Shown here: positions 38,118-48,340 of the stretch, piece by piece
How the letters are laid out: every line of letters starts with the position of its first letter
How positions within the stretch are numbered: position 1 is the stretch's first letter
DNA from: a virus
Taxonomy: Duplodnaviria; Caudoviricetes
Reading direction: 5' to 3' (one strand)
IMG/VR virus record: IMGVR_UViG_3300025617_000962
Location: 1 to 54,509 of that record
Length of the DNA: 54,509 nt
Position numbers and translations under genes: made by a program
Notes under the pieces: model-generated
Told to the model about the DNA's origin: nothing
The model's database searches: none
Seen by the model: only the letters and a program-made list of their open reading frames with translations

Positions 38118-38671
38118 GTAATTTAAAAGACCTTACATGGGAACATCATAAAAATGCAGAAAGACAATCATTTGTAAAAGAAATGTTCGCCAAAGAGCCA
38201 CAGATAAGTGTAGAACGTTACGCATGTTATCTTTTCAATCAACATCCACAATACAACATGCTAGAAATGCTGTCAATGATGCATGGACTGTTTGATGGAA
38301 TGCCCGAACTGCGCAGAGCACCTAGCATACATGAAGACTATCAAGAACTGTGGGGCGAAGCAAATGCTAATCAACCTCCATTGATGCCTGTTGTAAAAGA
38401 TTACATGGATCATTTGATGAGTATCAAAGACGATGCAGACAAGCTGATGGCACATGTGTACGTAAGACACATGGGAGACCTAAGCGGCGGACAAATGATT
38501 GCTAAACGTGTTCCCGGAGAAGGCCGCATGTATAAGTTTGATCGAGATCATGATGAACTCAAAGAGCTAGTACGTGCAAGACTAGATGATAGTATGGCAG
38601 ACGAAGCAAAGTTGTGTTTTGACTTTGCAACTAAGATGTTTCAGCAATTGGGAGAAATTAAAAATGATTAG
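38114..38671 (+). CDS. heme oxygenase (HemO/Ho1-like)
   Basis: LKDLTWEHHKNAE and AHVYVRHMGDLSGGQ. Confidence 0.9.
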   Translation: MSNLKDLTWEHHKNAERQSFVKEMFAKEPQISVERYACYLFNQHPQYNMLEMLSMMHGLFDGMPELRRAPSIHEDYQELWGEANANQPPLMPVVKDYMDHLMSIKDDADKLMAHVYVRHMGDLSGGQMIAKRVPGEGRMYKFDRDHDELKELVRARLDDSMADEAKLCFDFATKMFQQLGEIKND

Positions 38672-39461
38672 AATTGGTGCAGCACAAATTCCCGTAACTT
38701 CTAGTATGACTCAAAATGTCGAGCACATTAAAACTGCACTCGATTGGGCAGGAAAAAACCAAGTAAATTACTTGTTAACTCCCGAAGGATCATTAAGTGG
38801 ATATCTTAACACCTACAGAGATCTCGAAACTAGCAATATCGAAAGTTTATTACAAGATGTAGTATCTTATGCAACAAGCAAATCAGTATGTCTAGCATTA
38901 GGAACAGAAATTATTAAAGAAGTAGATTTTGGAAAAGTTAAACGCAGTCAAATTCAATACTACGATGATACTGGATTTTCTATTGGCGAGTATAATAAAC
39001 AAATGACAATACCAGGCGAACATTCATACCCTGGTAGCGGTCCTGAAATTATAAAAGCTGAAGGACTTCAAACAACCGGATCCTATAAATTTAATATTGG
39101 ATCTTTGATATGTAATGACATGTGGGGCCAGCGGGACGACACACAAATTTTAATTAGAGATTTATTTTATTATACCAACTCTAATGTTGATGTAATATTT
39201 CATGCCAGTAACGGATTTCGTGGTCAAGAAGCTGGAGACGAAGAAGCAAATAAAAATTTAAGAAAGTTTTCAGATATGCATCTTTGGATGGCATCAAGAT
39301 ATAGAATTCCTATAGTAACAGTTGACAATTGTTATAAAATGGACGGCGAGTTTTATGACGGTCCTACTAGTAGTACCAGTGGAATAATACACAATGGCGA
39401 ATGGTTAGTAAAAGCAAAGCCAAACGGCATTGATTATTTTTATTACGATTTTAACTTTTAG
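38664..39461 (+). CDS. carbon-nitrogen hydrolase (nitrilase superfamily), paralog 1
   Basis: TPEG / YNK / LICND give the E-K-C triad. Confidence 0.8.
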   Translation: MIRIGAAQIPVTSSMTQNVEHIKTALDWAGKNQVNYLLTPEGSLSGYLNTYRDLETSNIESLLQDVVSYATSKSVCLALGTEIIKEVDFGKVKRSQIQYYDDTGFSIGEYNKQMTIPGEHSYPGSGPEIIKAEGLQTTGSYKFNIGSLICNDMWGQRDDTQILIRDLFYYTNSNVDVIFHASNGFRGQEAGDEEANKNLRKFSDMHLWMASRYRIPIVTVDNCYKMDGEFYDGPTSSTSGIIHNGEWLVKAKPNGIDYFYYDFNF

Positions 39462-39470
39462 GAAATTATT

Positions 39471-40157
39471 ATGAGTGTTATTTGGGATAGACTGATAGAG
39501 TGTAAAGATGAAATTATCAACATATTTGAAGAAAATGCGTCAGAGTTTGAAGAACCAGGTCTTGCCCATTTTAATAACGATTTGTGGATTAATCGCGTTT
39601 GGCGCAATGATCATGTTAGGCGGGCTCACATTGATGTTGTAGACGCTCGTGACACAAAAGGCTTATGGATGATGCATGTGTGTGTATTTCCTGTACTCAA
39701 CAACGACGGTCCTATCTACGGTTTTGATGTTATTGCTGGCAAGAACAAAATGACAGGTGCTTTTCACGACTTTAGTGCTAGTGCTACATTTGATCATCCA
39801 ATGATTGAAGGCTATAAGGAAGCAGTAGCAGACTTTATCCCCAAGAAGCAACGACAACTACCTGAATGGGCTACTAATATTTTTACAGACAAAATGCTGG
39901 CAGCTGGCAATGTAAACAGTGAAGAAGAAGCAGTTGCCATTATTGAACTTGCACAAGACAATCTCCGTGCATACTTTGATGAGATAGGCGAGTTTACAGG
40001 GTTCGGCGATAGGAGTTTAGTAACCGCAGCACAAAACTATTACTGTCATAATCAGCAACAGAATCCGCACACACCTCGTACTATGAAAAGTTTAGGACTT
40101 AACGAAGAAGACGTTGACCGTTTCTGTACAGATATGTTGTTTCCTAAAATTGCATAA
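39471..40157 (+). CDS. ferredoxin-dependent bilin reductase (PcyX/PcyA-like)
   Basis: RRAHIDV, MMHVCVFP, YGFDVI, HDFS, LPEWA..IF, QQQNPHT; close to the heme oxygenase. Confidence 0.85.
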   Translation: MSVIWDRLIECKDEIINIFEENASEFEEPGLAHFNNDLWINRVWRNDHVRRAHIDVVDARDTKGLWMMHVCVFPVLNNDGPIYGFDVIAGKNKMTGAFHDFSASATFDHPMIEGYKEAVADFIPKKQRQLPEWATNIFTDKMLAAGNVNSEEEAVAIIELAQDNLRAYFDEIGEFTGFGDRSLVTAAQNYYCHNQQQNPHTPRTMKSLGLNEEDVDRFCTDMLFPKIA

Positions 40158-40185
40158 ATATTAAAAAGAAATAGGAAACAGTAAC

Positions 40186-41868
40186 ATGCGTTTTTCAGAT
40201 ATTAAAATTGTAGAATCAAAAGTTAAAGCAAGAACAAGTCTAAGTGAAGCTGCCTTAATGAGCGGAAAGAAATGGTTATCATCAACAGAAGAAAAAAATG
40301 GCATTAATCCTATCAAATATATAAATGCTTCAGCAAAAAGTATTAGGAACTCCAAGTATTTTGCTTATGTTGACCCTGCTGTAAAGGGCAAAGAAGCATT
40401 AGCAGACCCCAAAAATGAAAAGAGTGGTTTGGTAGACAAGATTACTGTTAACGGTGAGGAAATGTCTACTGATGATTGGGAAAAATATGCGTTAGCAAAT
40501 TATCCAGAATTTATAGCAGCTACCAAGTTTTTTATCGACGGTGACGAAGTTCCGCTGAATAGATTGAAAAAGAATGAAGCAGTAAAAGGTTCACTTGTAC
40601 CTAATCTTGGAGATATTGCTGAAGCAGTTCTCGGCGCTGCAATTTCTGCAAAATTTGCAAGAGGCGGCAGAACTGTTACGAAAAACGATGTCATACGAAT
40701 ACTAAAAGACGTAGTAGCAGCAGGCATTGCTGAAGGCACAACTGACTATCAAACTGTTGGTGTTATTGATGATGAATTTAAATTTACTCTAACACTTAAT
40801 AGTGCATCGATGAAGCCATTAAAAATATGGATCGATGATGAGGATCCAATGGGCTCTGTAGAAGATCTTCGACTTTTCACAGAGTTTGAAGTTAAAAAGG
40901 AAACATTGGACAGCATGCAAAGGCAAGTGGCAGATGCTGTCGAATATGCAAACAAAAATAAAAGAGCAGCTACCGCAGTTGATAAAGCCAAACTAGAATT
41001 AGAAGGCAAAAACGAAATACGTATTATCTCAGACGGAGGCGATGCTGCTAACCAAAATAGTACTAAAGTTGATTTGAAACTTGAGTACGACGATCAACCA
41101 CAAAGACTACTAAGTTTAAAAGCTGGAACTGTAAAACAGTTTGGCCAAATAAGCGGCGGAGAGTGGGAAACTGCAAGCGACTTCTTTGAGAGTATCTTTA
41201 AGTTTAGACTTCCTGATTCTATGAAACAAAAGTTTGGATTTAAAAGTAGTAATGAAGAAGATTACAAAGAACACAACTACAGCAAAGGACCATTTGCTAA
41301 ACTGTATTCAGAAATGACCAAACAAGTACAAGAATACACAGCAGGCGACGATGCTAGTAAAGAATATAAGCTTGTACAACATGTATATGATGCCATTAAC
41401 TTCCATGCTACAAGAGGAGAAGAAGGAGTAACAATGGTTATTCTTTCACCCAGTAAAAAAATTGCTTACAAAGAACTAGCATTTGATGCTAGATTACTAG
41501 CAGCATTAGAACTTTATGATCTAAGGGTAACAAACGATGTCGGTCTTTCAACTCACAGAATTAGTGTTATCGGTGAGCTAAAAGGCAAAGAAGCAGTTAA
41601 AGCTCTTGGCAAAGACGGCGCTGAAAAACTAGACGGCAAAGCAGTATTGGTACAACTGAGTTCAAGAACCAGTGCTGCTGCGATTCGTAATGTAGTTGAA
41701 ATGGGCGAACTTTTAAAAGAACTTGCTAATGTTGAAAAACTAGATGCAACCCAAGCAGAAAAGAACAAAGCAGCATCTGCAAAACCAGCAGAACCAACTG
41801 CCGATGCTCCAGAAGCACCAGTAGATCAAACCAAAGCACAGCCTAACGATCCTAACGCTACTGTTTAA
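40186..41868 (+). CDS. probable internal head/ejected protein
   Basis: TAAATA at 40155; MRFSDIKIVE...LSE leader; KVD...SLK may be a PD-(D/E)XK-like site. Confidence 0.6.
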   Translation: MRFSDIKIVESKVKARTSLSEAALMSGKKWLSSTEEKNGINPIKYINASAKSIRNSKYFAYVDPAVKGKEALADPKNEKSGLVDKITVNGEEMSTDDWEKYALANYPEFIAATKFFIDGDEVPLNRLKKNEAVKGSLVPNLGDIAEAVLGAAISAKFARGGRTVTKNDVIRILKDVVAAGIAEGTTDYQTVGVIDDEFKFTLTLNSASMKPLKIWIDDEDPMGSVEDLRLFTEFEVKKETLDSMQRQVADAVEYANKNKRAATAVDKAKLELEGKNEIRIISDGGDAANQNSTKVDLKLEYDDQPQRLLSLKAGTVKQFGQISGGEWETASDFFESIFKFRLPDSMKQKFGFKSSNEEDYKEHNYSKGPFAKLYSEMTKQVQEYTAGDDASKEYKLVQHVYDAINFHATRGEEGVTMVILSPSKKIAYKELAFDARLLAALELYDLRVTNDVGLSTHRISVIGELKGKEAVKALGKDGAEKLDGKAVLVQLSSRTSAAAIRNVVEMGELLKELANVEKLDATQAEKNKAASAKPAEPTADAPEAPVDQTKAQPNDPNATV

Positions 41869-41957
41869 TCATTATACTGCTACTTAATCTATACCCCATT
41901 AACTAATAAATATACTAGTAGAGCGTGAGGGCGCACTATTATATCTAGGGGGCTAGA

Positions 41958-43118
41958 ATGAAGAAACTTCTCTTAACAACAATTACGACTATGGTTTTAG
42001 CAACATCAGCTGTGGCACAAACTACTGTGGATGGAGTTACGTATGATAGTTCTAGTTACGTGGGCACAGACAGTAACACTACAACTAACAGTACTGTAAA
42101 CTCAACAAATACAAACACCAACAATACTACTATTGATAGTACAAACACCAATACAAACACCAATACCAGTACAATAAACAGCACTGGTACAAATACCAAT
42201 ACGAATACAAACACTAATACTAATACTAATACTAACGATACTACATATACTGGTACAACTACCAGTACCAATACAAACACTAACAACAATATTTTAAGTG
42301 GCGGTACAAACAATACAAATACCAACACAAATACTAATACCAGTACAATTGATAGTACAAGTACTAACACAAATATTAATACAAACAACAATATTTTAAG
42401 TGGTGGTACAAACAATACTAATACCAACACAAATGTTAATACTAGTACGATTGATCAGACTACTAACAATACTAACAACAGCACTATTAACAGTACAAAT
42501 GATAGTACGATCAATCAAACGACTAATAGTACTATAGATCAAAATATTAATCAAAATGTAAACAGTAATGTGACTAGTAACAACACAAATACTAATACAA
42601 ACAACAATACTAATAATACAACTGTAGACAGTACATCAGAAAATACAAACAATAATAACAACAATAACAACAACACTAGCGATATTACACAGAGAGTTAT
42701 TTCTCCACCGCCAACTGCTATTGCTCCAACAGTGCAAATGGGCGGCAATGACACATGTACTGTAACATACTCAGCGGCTGTACAAACACAGATACTTGGT
42801 GCAAGTGGCGGCGGACACGTTCGTGACTTGAACTGTGAGCGATTAAAGAACTCCAAAACACTCTACAACATGGGTATGAAAGTTGCGGCTGTGAGTTTGA
42901 TGTGTCAAGATTCAAGTGTATATCGTGCTATGGAAATGGCAGGAACACCTTGTCCGTTTGACGGCTCAATTGGCGCAGAAGCTAAAGCACAATGGGAAGC
43001 AAATCCAGAAATGCAGCCTACTAATATAGAGCAGGAGACAAGACGCAATGATAAAGCTGAAGGTGCTATCCAAGGCATACTTGCTGCTGGCTTGCTTACT
43101 TTGCTTCTCGGCATATAA
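41958..43118 (+). CDS. secreted Asn/Thr-repeat protein with Cys-containing C-domain and TM anchor
   Basis: Signal peptide; (TN)n tract; PPPTAIAP...CERLK...AGTPCP. Confidence 0.75.
   Translation: MKKLLLTTITTMVLATSAVAQTTVDGVTYDSSSYVGTDSNTTTNSTVNSTNTNTNNTTIDSTNTNTNTNTSTINSTGTNTNTNTNTNTNTNTNDTTYTGTTTSTNTNTNNNILSGGTNNTNTNTNTNTSTIDSTSTNTNINTNNNILSGGTNNTNTNTNVNTSTIDQTTNNTNNSTINSTNDSTINQTTNSTIDQNINQNVNSNVTSNNTNTNTNNNTNNTTVDSTSENTNNNNNNNNNTSDITQRVISPPPTAIAPTVQMGGNDTCTVTYSAAVQTQILGASGGGHVRDLNCERLKNSKTLYNMGMKVAAVSLMCQDSSVYRAMEMAGTPCPFDGSIGAEAKAQWEANPEMQPTNIEQETRRNDKAEGAIQGILAAGLLTLLLGI
42070..42680 (+). repeat. low-complexity Asn/Thr coding repeats, including two NNNILSGGTNNTNTNT copies
   Basis: Visible in both DNA and protein. 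Confidence 0.85.
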
Positions 43119-45348
43119 TCTAGCCCACGCAGCAGGCGATTACAACAATCACACCTGGAACAACGATGTAGATTATTACAAGGACTCTATTGACGAAAGT
43201 GGTATCTACGAAGGCTCTACTCTAACAGATTGGCATTGGAGTATTGCTGGCGATCCAAATAATGGCGACACTACTGATGATGGTTTCTGTTTTATGTATG
43301 ACGGAGGAAACTACGGAGGTGACCCGTTTGCTGTAATAAACGCTATTCAGCCTAGTCAGTGTGCATTCTATGACGTTCCAGAATATCAAAATATTGAATA
43401 CTATGATTTCTTTGATCTAAATCTAATTACAAACCCAGATCCTGCACCTGTGGGAATATATCAAGAACAGCAGGCATATGTAGGTGTATCAGATGACGAA
43501 ACCAACATATTTGGCGATGGCGCAGAATATTGGTCAGGGTGTTACTCTACAGGAGACGGTTCTACTTGGGCTGACAACCAAGGCGCAGGTGGTGGCGAAT
43601 GTCCTATAATCAACAACGACAGTGATCAAATCAACTTTGGATATGTGCAACAAACTCTATCTCAAATCTCAGCCATCGACACTGCACTTAAAAATGCAGG
43701 ATTAGAAACCACAGGCTATACATATAGCTGGAGAGTAAAAAACGCAGATGCTAATTTTGAAGATACAAACGGCGCACAGGCACAAGATACACTTAGTGTT
43801 ACGTTGTCTATTAAAGACAACGGCGGCAATACAGTTTATGAAAAAACCTATGACTATTCCTATCACATTGACACATGGACTACTATGTCAGGAGAGGAAA
43901 ATTTTGCTCAACCTTTTGATTTAAGCACTCTTGAAGCTATTCAGTTAGATGTTACAGCGCAAGACGTAGGAGGATGGGAAGGCTGGTATGGTCCTGAATT
44001 TGATGATCCTAATGTGGTTATCAAATATAGACCTATTATAGAAGACAACACTGAACAATTATTGTTTGAACAGATGTGTATGAATGATTCCCTATATGAT
44101 GTAAACTGTCCTGGATACCAAACAGCTATGATTGATCAAATGAACCAAGTTACAAATATGGCGTCAGCTGAAGAAAATATTTTTGGAGAAGATCCTGCAA
44201 TTACAGGCACAACTGAACAAATTGCTGAAGCAACTGGTGCTATTGTAGATGACGGTTCAGACAACGGAATGCCAGATCCTGTAGAAGAAGCCGTAGCTGA
44301 AGCAACACCAGATCCTGTACAAGAAGCAGTAGCAGAAGCAACACCTGATCCTGTACAAGAAGCAACAGAACAAACAACAGAAACAGCAGTAGCAGAAGCC
44401 GCAGGCGAAACCAAGTCAGCAGGCTCAGGATTAAACGCAACACAGCTAAGTGCGTTGAACGCAGCTAACAATGTAGCCAACAGTGCTGTATCGTCGAGCA
44501 CAGCAGTAGCACAAGCAAGCGCAGGCATTGGCTTGTCCGAGTCTGGCGGTGTTAGCAGCACACTAACAAGTGTAGATCCTACGGGCAGCACAAGCGCAGA
44601 CGGTGGTGTTAACGGCGGAAGTAACTTTGAGTTTGGATCTAGCGCAGATGGCAGCAGTACATCTGTTGCCGATGCTACGCAGTCAACAGGAACATCTACA
44701 ACACAAAGCTTTGGTAACACACAACAAGCAGGATCAACACAAAGCTTTGGTAATAGTGGATCAGACAATGGCCAATCACAAGATAGTTCAACAGGATCAA
44801 ACAACGGTTCGCAGTCAAATGATTCGTTTGGCTCTACTGACTTCGCAAGCACAGGACAAACTACACAAGACAGCAATCCATTAGCAAGTGGCGGAGCAGT
44901 AGAAACTACTGACATCACAGGCGAACAAGACCTTGCTATATCAAATGAAGCACTAACACAATTGGCAATGCTAAACGATCCTACTAATCCTATCAATCAA
45001 ATAATAAATGATATAACAACAAATTTGATTACGCAGGCAGTAGCAGACGCAGAAGAAACAGCAGAGGAAAGTGCTGAAGCATCAGTTGAATCGCAAAACG
45101 CACAAGAAGATGCACTGGTAGCAGAAGCACTTGCTGGTTCAGACGACGAGGAAGCACAAGCAGCACTGTTGGGTTACAATCCAAACTTTAGAGCATATCA
45201 GCAACCGCAGATGGCGGACGGGGATATATACAATGACCAGGGTGTATATGAAAATCAAAAAACATATGATAATCCAGGAGCAGGGTTGTTTAACGGTGCA
45301 AGTGATGCAACTCACAGAGCAATGGTAAGAAGTCAATATGAAAAATAA
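43048..45348 (+). CDS. large secreted acidic protein with a possible lectin-like domain
   Basis: Signal peptide; WEGWYGPEF; C..D.LYDVNCPGY; PDPV(E/Q)EA repeats. Confidence 0.7.
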   Translation: MIKLKVLSKAYLLLACLLCFSAYNLAHAAGDYNNHTWNNDVDYYKDSIDESGIYEGSTLTDWHWSIAGDPNNGDTTDDGFCFMYDGGNYGGDPFAVINAIQPSQCAFYDVPEYQNIEYYDFFDLNLITNPDPAPVGIYQEQQAYVGVSDDETNIFGDGAEYWSGCYSTGDGSTWADNQGAGGGECPIINNDSDQINFGYVQQTLSQISAIDTALKNAGLETTGYTYSWRVKNADANFEDTNGAQAQDTLSVTLSIKDNGGNTVYEKTYDYSYHIDTWTTMSGEENFAQPFDLSTLEAIQLDVTAQDVGGWEGWYGPEFDDPNVVIKYRPIIEDNTEQLLFEQMCMNDSLYDVNCPGYQTAMIDQMNQVTNMASAEENIFGEDPAITGTTEQIAEATGAIVDDGSDNGMPDPVEEAVAEATPDPVQEAVAEATPDPVQEATEQTTETAVAEAAGETKSAGSGLNATQLSALNAANNVANSAVSSSTAVAQASAGIGLSESGGVSSTLTSVDPTGSTSADGGVNGGSNFEFGSSADGSSTSVADATQSTGTSTTQSFGNTQQAGSTQSFGNSGSDNGQSQDSSTGSNNGSQSNDSFGSTDFASTGQTTQDSNPLASGGAVETTDITGEQDLAISNEALTQLAMLNDPTNPINQIINDITTNLITQAVADAEETAEESAEASVESQNAQEDALVAEALAGSDDEEAQAALLGYNPNFRAYQQPQMADGDIYNDQGVYENQKTYDNPGAGLFNGASDATHRAMVRSQYEK
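44272..44364 (+). repeat. 36-nt tandem coding repeat (PDPVQEAVAEAT, about 2.5 copies)
   Basis: Three GATCCTGTA starts spaced 36 nt apart. Confidence 0.8.
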
Positions 45349-45514
45349 CGACAAAAAATCACCTGTAGTGTATTGGACCAGCGAATGGGTTGATACTGGA
45401 GAAGTTGAAGTTAGACACTTTAAAGATAAAACACGCAAAGAAGTTAACAAAAGAGTTCTCAAAGGAGAGTTAAATACAAACTACAAGGGGTATAACAAAA
45501 AATGGATCCATTAA
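45338..45514 (+). CDS. small hypothetical protein (58 aa)
   Basis: Translated by hand; fills the gap and overlaps both neighbours. Confidence 0.4.
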   Translation: MKNNDKKSPVVYWTSEWVDTGEVEVRHFKDKTRKEVNKRVLKGELNTNYKGYNKKWIH

Positions 45515-45879
45515 GTATAGGATTGGCACTAAGTTTACATGCAGGCTTTGATGATGCAAACTTTAACAAGTATCATCCGTTTGTTGAGTATACTACGCAA
45601 AATGAATACAGCGTAGGTGTAATGTACAACAGTGAAAACAATCTAAGTCTTTATGCTAAAAAAGGCTGGACATTTTATGACAATAGTTTTATTGAACTTG
45701 GTTGGGCAACCGGGTACGAAGCTATAGAAGAAGAGTACGATATACCAGCAACACCGTTTGTACGTTTAGGTTATGAAGTTACAGACAGTGTAACGATATG
45801 GGCAATGCCAGGTGGACAAATACAACCAGATGGTACATTTGAAAGAGGAATAGTAATAGGAACTGAAAAGCGTTTCTAA
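45502..45879 (+). CDS. small outer-membrane beta-barrel-like protein
   Basis: Aromatic alternating strands (YNSE..SLY, GWATGY, RLGY); C-terminal Phe. Confidence 0.5.
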   Translation: MDPLSIGLALSLHAGFDDANFNKYHPFVEYTTQNEYSVGVMYNSENNLSLYAKKGWTFYDNSFIELGWATGYEAIEEEYDIPATPFVRLGYEVTDSVTIWAMPGGQIQPDGTFERGIVIGTEKRF

Positions 45880-45891
45880 GGAAGGGTAAAA

Positions 45892-46317
45892 ATGAGGGCG
45901 TTATTAATAGCATTACTAATAGTGTGGGCACCATTAGTAGCAACAGCAGACACTGGATACAATGAAGGAGTTAAAAACTGCTTACAACATTTTGGGTATC
46001 AGTGGGATGCACCTGTTGAAGAAAGAATAAACAACTTTGACTGGAATCAAGCATCAGTATGCACTAATGCAGTGAAAAGAAAGATTGTTGCTGAGAAACA
46101 TGCAGAACTACAAGACTTCTTAAAGCACAATCCAAGATATCGTTATCCTGGGCAAAGTAATAATCGCTGTTGGGGCAAACCAAGAGAAAATGCGTTTGAA
46201 AGTTCATACATCAAACGTACCAAGAATGGTTTTGAAGCAGGTGTAAACTACAAAGACACTATTCCTGCAGGTTGTTATGAGACAGGATCATGGGATAATC
46301 GCGATGTTAAAGATTAG
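45892..46317 (+). CDS. secreted hypothetical protein
   Basis: Signal peptide ending VATA-D; four Cys. Confidence 0.7.
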   Translation: MRALLIALLIVWAPLVATADTGYNEGVKNCLQHFGYQWDAPVEERINNFDWNQASVCTNAVKRKIVAEKHAELQDFLKHNPRYRYPGQSNNRCWGKPRENAFESSYIKRTKNGFEAGVNYKDTIPAGCYETGSWDNRDVKD

Positions 46318-46471
46318 TTTAATATCAGCAACAGGAGTACTATGTTTGTTATGGGCAATTGCAACACCAGCAAGCAAATCATACTGGAAAAATGTAGGAT
46401 TTGAGATGGATAGAACACTCAATCCAAACAAGTATGAAGTAGAAAATATAAAAGGAGAGGGCAATGGCTGA
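46304..46471 (+). CDS. small membrane protein
   Basis: Hydrophobic N-terminus; overlaps both neighbours. Confidence 0.5.
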   Translation: MLKISLISATGVLCLLWAIATPASKSYWKNVGFEMDRTLNPNKYEVENIKGEGNG

Positions 46472-47096
46472 CAAAGACTTAGGCGAAAGCTTAGAAAATA
46501 TGGAAGAAGGTATCGAGAACCTAAAGAACAAAGAGTTTCGCGTCCTCGGTATAAAAGTATCGTTTATGAGTGTTACAGCACTTGTAACTGTTATAGGTAC
46601 TGTAGTAGGTTCACTATACGGTGGATTTGTGATGTATCAAAAGATCGAAGAAGCAATAGCGTTTGTTGATCAACAGCAAGAGTATCAAGAACTAATGGCA
46701 AGTTACGATGAAAGAATGACTATTATCGAAACTAAACTGACAGAAGCAGTTGATTATACTCGTGACATCAAAGACGGACTACGTGATGACATTCTAAAAA
46801 CTGAAGCAGCAGTAGACAGAATGGAAGACAAAGTTGATGAGTCAGAAGCAAGAGTTAAAGCTGCACAAGCAAGTATTGAAGCAACACTTGAAGGCATACG
46901 CAACGAAATGAATCAAGTTGAGAAGGATGTAGCACAAAGCATACGTGAAGTTGAAAGTCTAAACAGAGAAACTGAAAAAGATGTGCGTGATACTATGCGA
47001 GCAACTGAAGGTCGTATTGACGAAGACATGCGTCAACTGGATACAGATATTAGAGAGTTGCTACAGGAAGCACTTGATAATCCTTTGAACAACTAA
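46464..47096 (+). CDS. single-TM long coiled-coil protein
   Basis: TM segment followed by heptad repeats; ends ALDNPL. Confidence 0.75.
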   Translation: MADKDLGESLENMEEGIENLKNKEFRVLGIKVSFMSVTALVTVIGTVVGSLYGGFVMYQKIEEAIAFVDQQQEYQELMASYDERMTIIETKLTEAVDYTRDIKDGLRDDILKTEAAVDRMEDKVDESEARVKAAQASIEATLEGIRNEMNQVEKDVAQSIREVESLNRETEKDVRDTMRATEGRIDEDMRQLDTDIRELLQEALDNPLNN

Positions 47097-47105
47097 AGGA
47101 GCAAT

Positions 47106-47624
47106 ATGAAAAAATATGTTTTAGTTATGACATCATTTCTGTTGACAGCTTGTGCCGAATTAGACGATGCATTTGCAGATTCAATTTTTAATAAATCGCT
47201 AGAAACTAATAGTGTAATAACAGCACAACCTTATATTGGATTAGAAGAACGTATACACAGGCAAGAACTCAAAGAACTATTAGACGTAGATCCTGTGCGT
47301 ACAGAATGGTGTGCAGCATTTGTAAATGCTGTGTTAGAACTAGACGGCATACCAGGAAGTGATAGTATAAGTGATGTGCCTCTTATGGCACGTAGTTTCC
47401 TTAAATGGGGCATCAAAGTAGAACCTGCAGATATACAACGTGGCGATGTTGTTGTATTTCCAAGAGGTAATCAAGGTTGGCAAGGACACGTTGGATTCTT
47501 CGTTGACTCACAAATAGTTAATGGTAAAGAAATTTGGATTATTTTAGGAGGCAATCAAAGTAATGAAGTGCGTTATGATTTCTATTCACCTAATAGAGCA
47601 CTAGGCATTCGTAGAAATAATTAA
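47106..47624 (+). CDS. lipoprotein with NlpC/P60-CHAP-like (TIGR02594-type) amidase domain
   Basis: Lipobox LTAC; WCAAFV; GHVGF; LGGNQ. Confidence 0.85.
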   Translation: MKKYVLVMTSFLLTACAELDDAFADSIFNKSLETNSVITAQPYIGLEERIHRQELKELLDVDPVRTEWCAAFVNAVLELDGIPGSDSISDVPLMARSFLKWGIKVEPADIQRGDVVVFPRGNQGWQGHVGFFVDSQIVNGKEIWIILGGNQSNEVRYDFYSPNRALGIRRNN

Positions 47625-47687
47625 AAAAAGGTTGACATTTACTGTAGATCGTGTATACTAGTATGATACTACAAGGAGACACACAGT

Positions 47688-48239
47688 ATGATTGAAGGCT
47701 TTAAAGCACCTTGCGTGGTGTTCAAAACTCGTGTTCGCGATGAAAGTATCGGCGGACCTAACCCATTTCGTTGGGAAGACGTAACAAGCGATAATATTTT
47801 AAAAGGCAAGCGTGTAGCAGTATTCAGCCTACCAGGGGCATTTACTCCAACTTGCTCAACCTATCAACTTCCAGGCTTTGAAGAAAACTATGCTCGTATC
47901 AAAGAAGCAGGCGTTGACGAAGTATATTGTATTTCAGTCAATGACGCATTTGTAATGAACGCATGGGCTAAACAGCAGGACATTCAAAACGTAAAAGTAA
48001 TTCCAGATGGTTCAGGCAACTTTACTCGCTTTATGGGCATGTTGATTGGTAAGAACCATTTGGGCTTTGGATTGCGTTCATGGCGCTACATGGCAGTGTT
48101 CAATGATGGTGTTGTAGAGAAGTGGTGGCAGGAACCTGGCATCAACAACGAAGGCACTGACGAAGATCCATACGGTGAAACAACACCTGAGAATATGGTT
48201 GACTATCTTGAAAGTAAACTAGAAATTAGTATCGATTAA
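47688..48239 (+). CDS. peroxiredoxin (Prx5 type)
   Basis: PGAFTPTCS, SVNDAFVM, RSWRY; promoter TTGACA at 47632. Confidence 0.93.
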   Translation: MIEGFKAPCVVFKTRVRDESIGGPNPFRWEDVTSDNILKGKRVAVFSLPGAFTPTCSTYQLPGFEENYARIKEAGVDEVYCISVNDAFVMNAWAKQQDIQNVKVIPDGSGNFTRFMGMLIGKNHLGFGLRSWRYMAVFNDGVVEKWWQEPGINNEGTDEDPYGETTPENMVDYLESKLEISID

Positions 48240-48340
48240 AGGTTGACAAATGGATTCCAGTCTGTTAGTATAATATTATGATTGAATATAAACTATATGG
48301 CTGGACTTCTCTTGCCAATACCGCAAGGAGTGTTTCTTAA

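Noticed and set aside
42070-42680. Repeats as a possible CRISPR array or DGR template/variable region
   Set aside because: Degenerate in-frame Asn/Thr codons; no constant repeat-spacer period, no adenine-specific pair, no cas or reverse transcriptase gene in the window.
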